Assembly: GCA_964187785.1 (NCBI GenBank)
Contig: OZ076409.1
Span: forward strand, 37,078,001-37,142,000
From: Amphiscolops sp. MND2022
Taxonomy: Eukaryota
Direction: 5' to 3'
Length of the DNA: 64,000 nucleotides
Shown one piece after another: positions 39,985-53,118 of the stretch. The position numbers were made by a program, and so were the translations under genes. The notes beneath the pieces were generated by a model. It did no database searches and was not told the DNA's origin. It worked only from the letters and a program-made list of their open reading frames with translations. Position 1 is the first letter of the stretch; each line of letters starts with the position of its first letter.

Positions 39985-40355
39985 TTTGGCAAGGTCCACA
40001 TTCAGCTCGTAAGCTGGGCACCACAGGCACAGTTTCGTGAATTAGACGGAAAGCCTCATCTTAACGGTTTTCGCTACTTAAGGTATCATACTGCTGAAAT
40101 TAATAGAAACCGGTCGTTAGCACCTGTAAAAGCGTCTATATGAGAGATTTTTGCATTCTCTGGCGTCAGTTACGGCCTCTGCCTTTGTGTTTTTGATCGA
40201 TCTCGCTCTTTGTTGTCGAAGTAACTGCCAGTTTCCTAAAAACAGCGACAAGAGCAATCACCTGCTTAGTGCCACTTCAAACATCGAATTAGAATTTTTC
40301 AATAAATTTCTTCAATCGCAACTTCACTGTATTAGGGTATTAGAGGTGATCGTTA
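39985..40355. repeat. Dispersed direct repeat, copy 1 (~370 bp)
   Basis: tggcaaggtccacattcagctcgtaagctgggcaccacaggcacagtttcg...gttaca; about 85-90% similar to 45330-45695. Confidence 0.9.
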
Positions 40356-43300
40356 CATAAGACGGTGACCTTATGCATGACGTCCTTGTCATGTGGGGTA
40401 GCTGGTGTTGAATACATCCCCACATCATCTTTGCAATCCATTGGGAGTTCAAACACGTTGTTTTTTAACAATACAGTGACACTATCATCTTTTGCTGTTT
40501 GGGCAACACTGATGTTTTGTCTCTTGCCATCTATTGAGGCATCGTCCACCGTCGACCGACTGACAAAACTGAAGCAAGCCCCTTGAGCTTGAAAGAAAGA
40601 ACTCAAGAATGCACCTTCAAGGAAATCAAACTCAATATTATGTGTATCAATCTGAGAGCATCGTTTGGTTCGCAAAAGTGTTTTTGCATTATATTTCGAG
40701 ATCTGGCTAGCATAGTGATTGTTTTGCGAATGAAACGCTTTTTTGGAGCACTGACGCTCTACGCCGTGGTGTCTTTGCCTCACCAGAAAAACTCAGTTGG
40801 CAGGTGAGGTAAAAGTTGTTTTCGGTAAAACGTTTTTTCATCGGAAAAACTACGGTTTAAAAAGAAAACACTTTTTAAACAGTTCTTCTCCATAATTTAG
40901 CTAGGTTTGGGCAACATGCACTGATGTGTAGCTCAATACCTGTATTTAGTTCAGCAGCATTTTTTAAGAAGCGTATCAAATGCAAGTTACGAACTGCTTG
41001 TAAGAAATAGCACTGAGGCAAAGATATAAAAAAATCTGCAATTCAGCCATTTGGAACTCGTGAGCTCCAAAACATGATTTATCCCGTTGAGCATTATGGA
41101 AAAATCACTTGATGAATTGACATTGAGTCTCCCGGGACTGGAATTTTAGAATGAACACAACAAGAATGTTTTTGAAGAAAAAGCGCCTTTGAACATCTTG
41201 TGCCAAAGACCAATTTTCTGGCCGATTCTGCACTTTTGAGACTCTGTTTGATATCAAGACTCACAGAAAGCCATGAAATCGGTTAATTGAATAATAACTG
41301 AAAGAACAGGGTTTAGTGTCAAGTTCTGGTTGCAACCATCGGAATTGAGTGAAAATAATATACAGTCAGGAGTTTATTACTCCCAGTAGTAACAACTTCC
41401 ATGGTTAGTCAACCTGTGTTGCGGAGAACCAGGGTGACTTCTATCCACAGGCACTCCACGGACCTTAATCATAGGTTTGAGCATGTCGAGCTCGGAAAGT
41501 ATTTACTGTCTATCAAATTGATTCACGACGGTCAATCGCCGGACGAACTCCGCTAACTTTTCATCGCCTAGGTCAGAGACCTCAGCGGGTCGATCTAAAC
41601 TTTGTTGTCCTTCTCTAACAAAGAACGTGAGCTCAATGATGGCATTGGGTGATTTGTTGAGTGTTTCCAACCGTAAACTCTCAAGATATTTCGAATCCAG
41701 TGACTCAATAGAGCGTAGAACACGACCTGCATGATTCAGTTCCTGCCAGAATGATTATTAACTTTAACGGGCAATATTGAGTTTGTTTTGCTCGTTGGTG
41801 ACTTATGTGTTCCAACATAGTCATTATAGCTTGCAACAGGCTTCAGAGTTGATAGAAATCCATTTGTTGGTCACAATCAGGTTCCATTTTTGTTTCGCCT
41901 GGAGGAGTTCCTAAACTCCGTTCTGGTTTGACACTTATTCCGTCTAGATTGTTCGGAAGGACCATTGTCTGCTCTTGTGTCGTAATCAATCTGTCATAAG
42001 ACAAGACATCGGCTGTTGTAGATTGATGTTGAGTGAAGAGTTTTCTTTTCATAGGCCAATCCACACTCGGACAATGGGTGAAGTCAGACCTATCCTATAG
42101 TTTTTCTGTTCACATGACTTATCGGATTCAATTTCGGTGCCTATGGGCACTTCACTACTTTGTGGCTCTGCGACGTGGATCTCGCGCTTGTTAAAAATGG
42201 GTGTCGCCTGATGAAAGCTGACTGGTTGTCCAAAATATGGTCATTTTGTCAAAATCCTTTTTGTTACCTTGTGTTTCTGCAGTGTGAAGCCCGTCAAAGT
42301 GAGTTCTAGGACTGGTAACAAGCTGAAAAATGCACAGCACTATGCACACGGTCCATTGGGCTGGACCATTTCACTTAAGCGGAAAATTCTCCAATAGTCT
42401 TGAATTATGTACAGCAAACACACGGGCTAGTTGACGTTGAAGTTTCATCATCGAAAAGTTTCGGTGTTTTGTAGCCGCTCGAAAAAGTTATTTCACAACT
42501 GATGTAATCTTTGGTGCTCGTACAACTCGATACAACAGAAAAACACAAAATTTGGGCACAAAAGCGGTCAAAAAAAGTTTTTCACTTTAACAGTCTGACG
42601 AACTTTCGTGGAAAGGAGGTGGTTCCTCTCAAAATCACGTAAACTTAGTTAGGTGTGAACCCTAAGGGTCTTTTTTAGATGTTCATAACCCTGTGCAGGC
42701 TCTTGGCGTAATGTCTAGAGAGGTTCGATTTGCAAAATTGGATTGGGAGTGCCCTTAGCAACTTGAAAATTTCCATTTTGGGCTTTGCAAAAATCAATTT
42801 TCGAGGCTTCAGGGTGGTCATAAAATTATGAACACTGCGACAATTTTTCCTAACTGTAGGAATTGCCTCGTTCGCATTTTCGTTTGCACGAGCTGACACA
42901 CATAAAATTTATCCAGAGCAATGTAGTCCCAACTTTCCACAAAGGTGCGTCGACAAAAAATGGTTCAACTCGTTACAATACCCAGTATTTTACAACAGTA
43001 GGTGACACAATACTATGATCCAGCAGGGCTGCCCACTCGATGATGGTCAATATCCACACGTACAGCAAAGTATTTACGAATAGGAGTTCACACTAGGGGT
43101 TTCCACAGGCTTTCAAGTTTTCAACACGGTTTGAAAATGACTTTAACCATACCTTCCCGGTTTTCGTCTCGGTGAAACCTTAGACTGAAACAATGACAAA
43201 GCACGTCCGAGAAGTGTCAAAAATGCTTCCAAGGGTGAACAGTTTACAGCACTTCAGGACTGATGCACTGACATTAAAAGTGAGTCCAGAATTGGCGTAT

Positions 43301-45329
43301 TAGGCTCCAGTTACAGGCTAGGGTTTTTCTTAATTTTTGGGATTTTCAGAATCACTGGAAGGAACGTAAGTTTGCTAGCGCTCACACTAGAAACGTAGAA
43401 TTGGCCTCAAACTCTGCCACACAATTCCATATATGATGGGGTACGTGGGAATTACCGCCGATTTGGACTGGGCTACTAGGTGACCGTATCACTGTCTTCC
43501 AATATGCACTATTTCTCCCATGTCAACCAAGATCCCAAGCCACAATGAAGGACTCTCAAGCTCACTCTTTCCGCAACTATACAACAATTGGCACTAGTTA
43601 AAAGGTGCGCAGCACGTTTTGACTTAGATGTTCAGGCTAATTCAAAAACATTCCGAAAACTGCCTTTTTGCGGACCTTTTTGTGCGGTGTATTTTCGTAA
43701 ATTTTCCAATGAGTAATGTACCAATCGACATCAAACTTGGTATTCATTGTCATTGGGTACCGAGAATTCTATTAGAATAGTCAAATGGAAGCACGGATGC
43801 ATCGTTAAGGTTCCGACCACGTACATATCTTATTTCCGAAAAAATGGTTTCTTTTCACTTTGTTACCGAATTGTCTAAGAGGGTCACTCCAAGGAACGTT
43901 ACGGCAGGCAAATAGAAACCAAAGCGTTGCCCTGCTAGCCGTATCACTGAAATCAATCCTCAATTAGCTGCGCCCGCATGGTATGAGGCACTGCCGGTCC
44001 AGTAGTTTTGGAAGTTTTTGGATTCTTTTACTCTTTCTGAGGTCGAAACGTCAAAGCGCTTTTCTCAACTTTGGTTAGCGCTAGGCTCGCCCAAATTTCT
44101 GGACAAACGTTTGTTTTGATGGAAATGGCAAAAAGCGATATCTATGACCCGACTCTTCTTTTGGGACAGTCTGAATCGATGAAAAATGGAGTTCTTCAGC
44201 GCGTTTTTCAACTTTTCTGAATACTGAAAAAGAATTTTTGACGAGCTTTTTTCATCCTCACGTCGTGTTTACTATGTAAAGGGAAAATGAGAGCTCCTAA
44301 GCTCCTAGCTAAGGAAAAGACTTGAAGCAGCACGGGAGAGGCAATTTCATTACTTTTTGGCACTCTCCCAGTGACAGTTGTTAGTGGTTTTCTGCCAAAT
44401 TCATAAAAAGACGGGCTATTTTATACAAAATATGTCTGAAAAAGCGCTCCAACGGCTTTTCTGGATATCATTGCATTATGTACCAAACCTCTTGAGGCTT
44501 TGAGCTCCTTTTCATTCTTTTTTGCGCTCTGTGGCTAAAACCCTAAGCGCTTGCGCTCGTACGAAGAAAACTAGAAACTTCTAAAAATGAGGTTTTCGCA
44601 ACTTTTGCCGTGAAAATCGCACTTTTTAGTGGAAACGGGTTCAAAAGCACTCATTGAGTTGCAACAGGGAAAAACCAAGCATTAACAGACAAGTTCCCAC
44701 AAAAATACGCAATTGATTATTTGTTTCATACCATACTCCAAAAAGTCGATAATTCGGGCATGAAGGATGGTACCTTCGCTGTCTTTTTTTTCAACATCCA
44801 GACCAGCCAGAGACAAGCGTTCACTGTCAGCAACGCCAACACTTGCGCTAACGGTCCCCCAAAAACCATTCCTCTAGGACGTCTCAACGAAAAGCGAGAA
44901 GTGGGAGTGAGGAACACTGGTTTCAGCTCACCTATTGGTCGGACATAACATGGCGCACCCATCAATTTCACCTCTCTTACATAAACCCCAGTCATTGTAA
45001 ATAGCTAGGAAAACCTCTTAAACACCAATAGCAACGTGCTACTGTCCACTACACTTCTAAAAACAGGATTCACTGATGGGAACATTGCAATTTTAGGCGA
45101 TAGCTTTCAACGAATACCTCTTACTAATACCCCATCGGTATTCAAAAAAGTCACCTGAAACAACGGACAAAATAATTGCCACAGAACGCCTGTCAAAACA
45201 TCAAACCCCAAAGAATGAAGAAAAAACTCTGTCTAAACATCTCCAACCAGAGTCAGGTCGTTTCTGGCATTTTCACCATAGGATCGGTTTTTTTTAAATC
45301 CACAACAGCCATCTCGTCCACAACAATTA

Positions 45330-45695
45330 TCTGGCAAGGTCCACATTCAGCTCGTAAGCTGGGCACCACAGGCACAGTTTCGTAAATTAGACTCATCGTT
45401 ACGGTTTTCGCTACTTAAGGTATCATACTGCTGAAACTAATAGAAACCGGTCGTTAGCACCTGCCAAAGAGTCTATTTTGAGAGATTTTTGCAGTCTCTT
45501 GCTTCAGTTACGGCCGCTGCTTTTGTGTTTTTGATCGATCTCGCTCTTTCTTGTCGAAGTACCTGCCAGTTTCCTAGAAACATCGAAAAGAGCAATCACA
45601 TGCTCAGTGCCACGTCAAACATTGAATTAGAAATATTCATCAAATTTCTTCAATCGCAACATCACTGTATTTGGGTATCCGAGGTTATAGTTACA
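45330..45695. repeat. Dispersed direct repeat, copy 2
   Basis: Paralog of 39985-40355 (ORFs 40151-40360 and 45489-45710 align). Confidence 0.9.
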
Positions 45696-46984
45696 CTACC
45701 TGAAAAGTGAGCATGAACAAAACAAAAAATTAAAAAATCTGATGGAAGCTATTTGAACAGTTTTGCGGCATCGTAATAATTTGCGTATGTGTAAGATCTC
45801 CAAAACTGCTTATGTTGATACCGGAGGTCAAACTGGGGTGAGCTCCAGCTGTAACCTCGTATTAAACAACTCATTGTCCTTTCTATTCGACGAATTTTCA
45901 CATAATTTCGTAATCGTATACGAAAAACGTGAAAGTCATACAATGATCATGCAAAAAAGATGAATGTTGAACAATGACAATTTACCCGCATTGAGATCCC
46001 ACGGGTTCCTTTGCACCGCCATCGATGGCCCACCCATGGTCTTTCCTGGGGTTAAATATCGGAGGCCCAGACCGCTCACCATTGACGTCCCATTCATGGC
46101 CCATCGGTGGTCCATCAATGGCAATAAAATTTGACATATTTAAAAAATTCGAATTTGGCAAAATTTCAGTTGTGAGTTTCAACTGCTGTGTCATGCAATA
46201 TCATTCCGGTTTGGTTTTTTGCTTTCAAGTGTTTCCTTAATGACCCGGTAGTATTGAGGACCTCTTCCGGCACCGCGTATCCGGATGCCGCTAGATAAGT
46301 ACGATTTTTGGGTATTTCTGCTTAAATCGATTGATTTAGGAGCAAAAAATTGGTGGCATTTTAGAGATAATTTTATATTTTAGATATACTTTCTTGGAAG
46401 AGCGAATAAAATCTAAAGATTAACATCTAGAGGAATAAGATCGATCTTTTAGTTGTAAAACTTGGACATACACAACTTAGAAAAGGAGAAATGAGGAGAA
46501 AAGATCCAAAAATGTGTTGAATAAGATCTAAGATTAGATAATATTACCTTTCGATCACATTCTTCAGATTTTATTCCTCCTTTTTTTAAACTTTTCATGG
46601 TTCAGAGCGAGATACCTCAAAATCTATAGTGAATTCCAGATGAGATTCATCTTGGCTCGAGTTATTTTTTCTATTTTAAATCATATTCCCCAATCCTAAT
46701 AATTTCTTCTCATTCATGTGGTATTTTTGGCATTCAAACCTCCATTCCATTGTAATTTTTGAGTTCCATATATGAAACATGTTTGACAAACACAATGACG
46801 ATATATGACAAAATATGAAAGTCATCGAATGAACATACATACAAACATATTTTATTCATGACAACTAGGTCCCATACATGAAAACATTCTATGATCTATA
46901 TATAGGTCAATCCATGTTCGCTATAGGCGGCAGACACTAAGGAATTGTTTCAAGTAGCCCTCAACAAAGTAAAAAATTCTCCGG

Positions 46985-47088
46985 TAGGCACCGGGTATTT
47001 TCTGCCACAAAAATTACTAGCTCCAGCCCGGGTTCGAATCCACAGCCTCATGTCTGCCAGGCGGATGCACTACTGGGCCATGGTGACT
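46985..47088 (-). mobile_element. tRNA-derived SINE head, different family
   Basis: Minus strand: gtcaccatggcccagtagt...ggattcgaacccgggctggag (A-box-like and B-box-like motifs); no intact cloverleaf. Confidence 0.55.
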
Positions 47089-47366
47089 AAAATATCAACA
47101 TACTAAATGGAGTTATAGATATGGAGATTTGACAGAATTTGGAAGAAAACCCTACACAGATAGTGATTTTCCTTCTTCTACACTATAAATTGAGGGGGCG
47201 GAAAATTACAATAGCAGAAACACGACTTGCTCTTTCATTTACTTTTCCAGAAATAATCTGGAACCAGCGCAAATCTTTGTTGAAAGTGATGTCGCTGAAA
47301 AATAGTAAATACGTTTTATATCTATATAGTTAACGTCTTCTAACTGTATTTGTATTCTACTGATGT

Positions 47367-48199
47367 CCCAGTGTTCGAAGCCATGGAACCCTTGCCATGA
47401 TCACGGTAAATCTTGCTAAATCATGGTTAACCATGGTACCTTTGTCAAGATGATGGCAAGATCATGGCAAGATCTTGACAAGATAACCATGGTAACACAT
47501 GTAAGCTGGTATTAATTGTGCATAATTTCTTCTTTTCGCAAAAATTCCTTATCGTGTGCAATTTCTGAATTAGCCTTTGTAATAAGTAATAACTTCGGAC
47601 ATAATATTTATTGATCGAAAATAGTTTTCTAACTGAAAATTATACAAAACTTGCTCAATAATTTGCTGCACCTATTGACCGAGTTTTGTTACTTGAGAGT
47701 ACGGCATTGTTGCTACTATCATAAATTATCATACAGAGCAAACTCTGAATCAAGTTATTGCAACTTGCGGGTTTGCGATATCGGAGTGAAAACCAACTTT
47801 TCTAGCTATGACTTGTTTACAATTATGCAAATCATGCTCGTTCCTTATCTATTGAGGTAACGGTTTCTAATTACTGAAATCCGAGAATGCAATAAAAAAC
47901 TTATAAATATAATAGTCGGAGCAAAAACGTTTTTCCTTTAATCTCTTGAGTATTAGTTTTTCTTCTGTTTAACCCTATACATATCTGTTTTTTGGTCCGA
48001 AAAAATGTTTAGATACTTAGTTACAATTTGAAAATAAGAGCTCTGAATTTTCCAAAAGTTTCGCTAATGGAAGCATGGAACCCTTGCAAAGATCATGCTT
48101 AATCATGGTTAGCCTTTGCACGATCTTGCATGGCCATGGTATCCTTGCCAAGATCTTGCCATGGATCTTGGCAAGGGTACCATGGCTTCGACCACTGGG
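47367..48199. mobile_element. 833-bp CACTA-like non-autonomous DNA transposon (2-bp TSD GT)
   Basis: TIRs cccagtgttcgaagccatggaacccttgcca / tggcaagggtaccatggcttcgaccactggg; GT on both flanks; subterminal ccatgg and caagatc repeats. Confidence 0.85.
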
Positions 48200-49794
48200 G
48201 TTAGATCAGCGATGAAACTTTTGAACATTTGATGTCAGAATGGCCTAACCATGCGCTCTACATTCAGTTTCATAAGCTGACGGCGTTTTTCATTGAATGT
48301 CACGCATGAATTGGATTTTATGTAACGGAAGCCTGTGGTACAACGAGTTTTCAGAAAAAGTCGACCAAAAATTCGTTCAAATCTGACGTGGCAAGTTGAG
48401 CATGTTTTAGCGGAAGTACCTGTCAAAAAAGCTGTTCATAAGACAAAGCAAGCCGCCCGCGGAGACGACCGAAGAGGTGCTAACCCTCTTTTTGAGGTGC
48501 TAACCCCGGTTTTTACCGATTTTCAGATTTATGCTACCCAATGTAGCAAGAACCGGAAAAAATGGGTCTTTTCGCTTAATTATACTTTTTTTGGTGTTTG
48601 GAGTCCCTGTGCCTAAGCTTGTAGCTGTTTGGTTTGCCATATTCATGCCTGTTTTCATGTATTTTCACAGGTGTTAGCTAGCTCGAGCGCTAGTTTTCGC
48701 AGTTTAGATCTTATTACCCATTTTAGACCTTATTCCTATGACACCTTGGAATTTCACCCTGGAATTGGAACTTTACACTGTTTATCTTTGGCATTGTTTT
48801 TAAAGGCTGTCTAGACGGTGGTTATGAAGAAAAAAAGCATAATGGCAGTTTTTCTCAGCAGTTACAGACTGGAACAGGCCGGAGAGCATCCTTTAAGACG
48901 GTTCCCCCTCCTCGGGACGGACTATCCTCCGGAGGACAAAATGAGCTGATATCATGGTGGTTTGTCCCGGACCATATCCATGGTACCAATTCCTCCACTC
49001 CAATGTTACGATACAATCGCTCAGCGCTTGCCGTTACATTAGGTCAACGCTTGGCGATTATGATTCCAGGCGAACCGTAATCTGGACTGGACCATATATG
49101 ATTCCAACTTAATTATATTAAGATCGAAGAAGAATTATTAAATAATATGACTGCTGGTACCTTACATTATCATCAAAACCGTAACCCACACGAAAAGTTT
49201 GTTTGGTCCTAAAAACTAAAACTCAAGTCGCATTTCAAAATGAGTAATTAGTGCAAATTCGAGATTTGAAAGTAGGCATTGAAGATTCGTTTTGTTTCCG
49301 CGGAAATGAAACAAGCGTAATTTGAAGTAAAACTTGTGCAGGAGAACCCTTGCGGACATTTCATGAATTTATGGGTTCAAGCTAATAAACAAGCTAATTC
49401 AAGTTTCAAAACAAGCTAATAAACATCTCTGTTTGCAAACCCTTGTCAAAGTATCCCCTTTGGATTTTTTTTCAGCACCGTAAAACTCTTTTTTTTTCGA
49501 AACGTGTTCGAAATCAATTTGAGTATTATTTGATATTTTCATTAGGAGAAACACCTTTTGGCCTCATATTGCGCTTTTTGATATTTTTACAAATCTGAAA
49601 GTCGTGAAAATTGCCACCCTGAGCATTTCTTCGAGACTTTGCGCTTTTTGAGTAGGAATAGGAGTAGTTAATTTCCCCATAACCGCGGGGTGGACGCCGA
49701 ATAAACAGTTCTGTTTTCTGAGTCGGCGCCCTTTGGTATACTATCTCCCCATAGCAAGCTTGAAGCTGTGGTTTCAAAGTGACTTTCTCAAGGT

Positions 49795-49988
49795 CACAAA
49801 GGTCTGACTGCTCACCGTTGCTTTTTGTTTTGCTTTTCTCCGCCAAATGCGTTATTTGTTTGTCATTGACCATACCACTGACCTAGGGATAAAGGACTTG
49901 CTTAAGGCCCAACAATGGTGAGTTGAAAGATTCGAACCTGCTACCGCTTATTCAGACCAAAGCTCTAACCACTACGCCATTGCCCCCA
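49795..49988 (-). mobile_element. tRNA-derived SINE copy 2 (V-domain-like core)
   Basis: A box tggcgtagtgg, B box ggttcgaatc, then gggccttaagcaagtcctttatccc; homologous to 15640-15845. Confidence 0.8.
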
Positions 49989-50039
49989 TATGCCGTGAAC
50001 TTTATTTAGTTGGGCGCCGACTTCAGACGTCCCCCGTCT

Positions 50040-50240
50040 TTTTACATCTTATTCAAGTGAGTTTTAGATATTCTAGTGATATTTGATGTTATTCCGATAG
50101 TTTTAGATGACAACTTTCTGATTTTTCATGATTTATAAGTGGTTTATAATCTTCTCAGTGGTTTTAGATATTATTCAATTGCTTTTATGAGACTTTATTT
50201 TAGCGGTTTTGAACGTCATCCCAGTATGTTTTAGATTTTT
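50040..50240. repeat. Degenerate ~21-22-bp minisatellite
   Basis: Recurring agtggttttagatatt-like unit. Confidence 0.55.
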
Positions 50241-51053
50241 TCCCTTGCGATTCTTGATGCTGCTCCAGTTGTTAACCTGATCCGGTCTTGAAGCTTTCAT
50301 CAATTCCATGCACGGAACCATATGATCGGCTCAAATCGATGCGGTTCCATAAGGAGAAGCAAGAATTCATCGAAAACAATAGAGCCGCTAATAACGTCTT
50401 GTTATTAACATCTAAAAAGTTACAGGGTTTTTTTCCAAATTCCTGTTCGAAAAAAAACAAGTCAGGACGTTTGTTGAAATAAAATTGAAGAAATCTGTTG
50501 AAAGAGAATTGATTTTTGATTTATGGGGCACATTGGCGGTTTTTGTCACGTGAGACATTTCAGGTCTCACTATCGGAGCGCCTCAAATTTTCCCAAAGGG
50601 CTTCGATTCCAAAAAAAACGTCGATTCCAAACCGTGCCCGATACTTAATTTGAAAGTTTGGCTCTAATTTCAAATTGGTTTCGTTTTGATGATGCTACAT
50701 TTATGTTTTAGGTAATCTATAGTGTGGTCAATTGCAACTGCCGAAAAGTAACTTTCTCGAAGACTATTTGAGGTAGAACTTTGAATTTCACCCACAACAT
50801 AGAAATTGGGGGGGGGTGTGGAATTGTTATGGTTATATTTTTTTGTTTAAATTTTGAGTTCCCAGTCATATTTTGGTAAGTTCACACGCCAAAAAAAAAC
50901 AACATCTATGAGTTCATTAGATTATTGAGGTCCTTCTATTAGACATTATTTACAATATGGGGGCCAAATAATGCTGATCTTCAAACGTCGTCGAACCATT
51001 CACTAGATTTGCTCTGATGATTTTGTGCGAAAATGGAAACTTCTTGCTCACTT

Positions 51054-51602
51054 CCTTTGTTGAAACTGCTTGAACGTTTTGCATGTACTTTAATGTTGCC
51101 AGCAACTTTTATTATGATTTTCTAAAACTCTTACGGAAACTTTCATGCGAAATTTTGTCCCTGTTGTATTTAACTTTTATCAAGCTGCTTGAAAGATTCA
51201 TTAAAGTTTTGGCGGCAATTTTAAGCCTTGAAGTTTTGCAGGTTTCATTAAGCAGCAGTTATAATTTTGAAAGCAAATAAGGTGCTATCAATTTTACCGC
51301 TAAATCAATGCAAAATAACTCCAGTTGCATAATAAACTGCAAGTTAGCGTCATCTCTAGCGTGCTATTTGAGAAGCGGTGATCACATCAGATGAGTAGTT
51401 GGGAAAACAAAGTGTGTATACAAAGTGATCAAGTCGGTAGTCTGGTGTAATTTATTTTCAAATTTAATTAGAAAAGTGGAAAATGCAGTGTAATTGTACA
51501 TGATTTACCAACCGAAGTTCACTGAATTTTCTAGGTTTTATAAAAAATTACCCTGCATGCATGCCTGCAGCATGTAAAAAGTTCCTGCAGCTTCAACTAG
51601 GG
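51054..51602. mobile_element. ~550-bp CACTA-like MITE copy A
   Basis: Ends cctttgttgaaactgc / gcagcttcaactaggg, TT on both flanks; inverted paralog at 51832-52380. Confidence 0.75.
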
Positions 51603-51831
51603 TTGTGAAAGAAACAATTTTTGCTCTCCCACTGATCATACGGAATTAGGAACAAGACGGGAATGTCTCAAGTCGGCGCTATATCTAAGGCTCAAAAAGC
51701 GCAAAACATTTTTTTTTGGAAAAAAAACTTGAAATTTTTGAAGAAAAAATTCTTTCGGAAAATGTCGCACAGTGCCGAAAAATGTAAAAGGGGGGACCCT
51801 TTTTGATTTAGAAACACGCATTCTGTAGCAA

Positions 51832-52380
51832 CCCTAGTTGAGACTGCTGGAACTTTTTACATGCTGCAGGCCTGCATGCAGGGTAATTTTTTATAAAACC
51901 TAGAAAATTCAGTAAGGTTCCGTTGGTAAATCTTGTAGAATTACACTGCATTTCCCACTACTGCAATTAAATTTGAAAATTTCTCACTTCTTTTTCGGAC
52001 ACGATCACGTTGTATTCACACATTGATTTCTACTACTACTCATCTGATTTAATCACCGCTTCTCAAATAGGACGCTGAAGATGACGCTAGTTTGCTGTTT
52101 ACATTGTGAATGAAGTTACTTTGCATTAAAATGGCGGCAAAATTGTTGACGTCTCAGCTGCATTTAAAATTAGAACTGATGCATATTGAAACTTGCAGAA
52201 CTTCGCGGCAAGAAATTGCCGCCAAAACTTTCCTGATTCTTTAAAGCAGCTTGATAAAAGTTGGCGACAACAGTGAAATATTAACGCATTAAAGTTTCCG
52301 TAGGATATTTAGAAAATCATAATAAAAGTTGCTGGCATCATTAAAGTACATGCAAAAAGTTCAAGCATGTTCAACAAAGG
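51832..52380. mobile_element. ~550-bp CACTA-like MITE copy B, inverted relative to A
   Basis: Ends ccctagttgagactgc / ttcaacaaagg, AA on both flanks; about 80% similar to the reverse complement of copy A. Confidence 0.75.
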
Positions 52381-52561
52381 AAAATAACAAAAAACTCAAA
52401 GGGGGGACCCTTTGGGGACATTAAAAAAGTTTCGAAAAAAAGTCTCACAGCGCCGAAAAATAATTGAAAAGGGGGGGGGGGGTGGTTTACTTTAGTCCCG
52501 TCCGGGCTTGTATGTAACGTTTAAAAAGTAAATGAATGCGCTCCCCGTTTGCCTTTAGCGG

Positions 52562-53118
52562 CAGGGGTAGGAAATATTGTATTGCAATAATATTGTTCAT
52601 TTTAAAAAATAATTGTAATTGAATATTAACCGAAAAAAAATAATTGCAATAATTGCAATAATTGCGACAATTCTGAGAAAAACGATTCATAGATTAAAGA
52701 AGTAAATTATGAGCCGCGCAAAATTGTAAAACCAAATTGCAAAAAATAAGCTTGCTTTATAAACGAGTTAAAGCAGTAACTAACATATTCTACAAAAAAA
52801 GTTAAATTCTATAACACAAAACTAATTGTCTGCATGGTTGGTTATTGTTGAGACACTATTCGCGTTCCAGAAACCCTCGTTGACCTTGAGTCTGGTAAAT
52901 GAATGCAAGCACGCTGTCTGGTAATGAAAAGCACACACACCGTGAAATTAAACCCACATGAAAAATATAAATGAACATAACAAAGCAATAATTTACAATA
53001 ATTGACAATTATTTTTATCTAACAAAAAATTATTGTTATTTTTAAAAGCCTGAAAAAAATTATTTAAATAATTGTATTGACAATTATTGTTCCAGCAATT
53101 ATTTATTTCCAACCCCTG
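52562..53118. mobile_element. hAT-type MITE with perfect 8-bp TSD
   Basis: TIRs caggggtaggaaat / atttccaacccctg; TTTAGCGG at 52554-52561 and 53119-53126; subterminal aataattgc repeats. Confidence 0.92.

Noticed and set aside
46265..46295. Hairpin plus CTAG resembling a Helitron 3' end
   Set aside because: CTAG abuts the hairpin, is followed by A rather than T, and no 5' TC end could be assigned.
49915..49988. tRNA gene
   Set aside because: A and B boxes are present but the acceptor stem does not pair and the sequence runs into a SINE body shared with 15640-15845.
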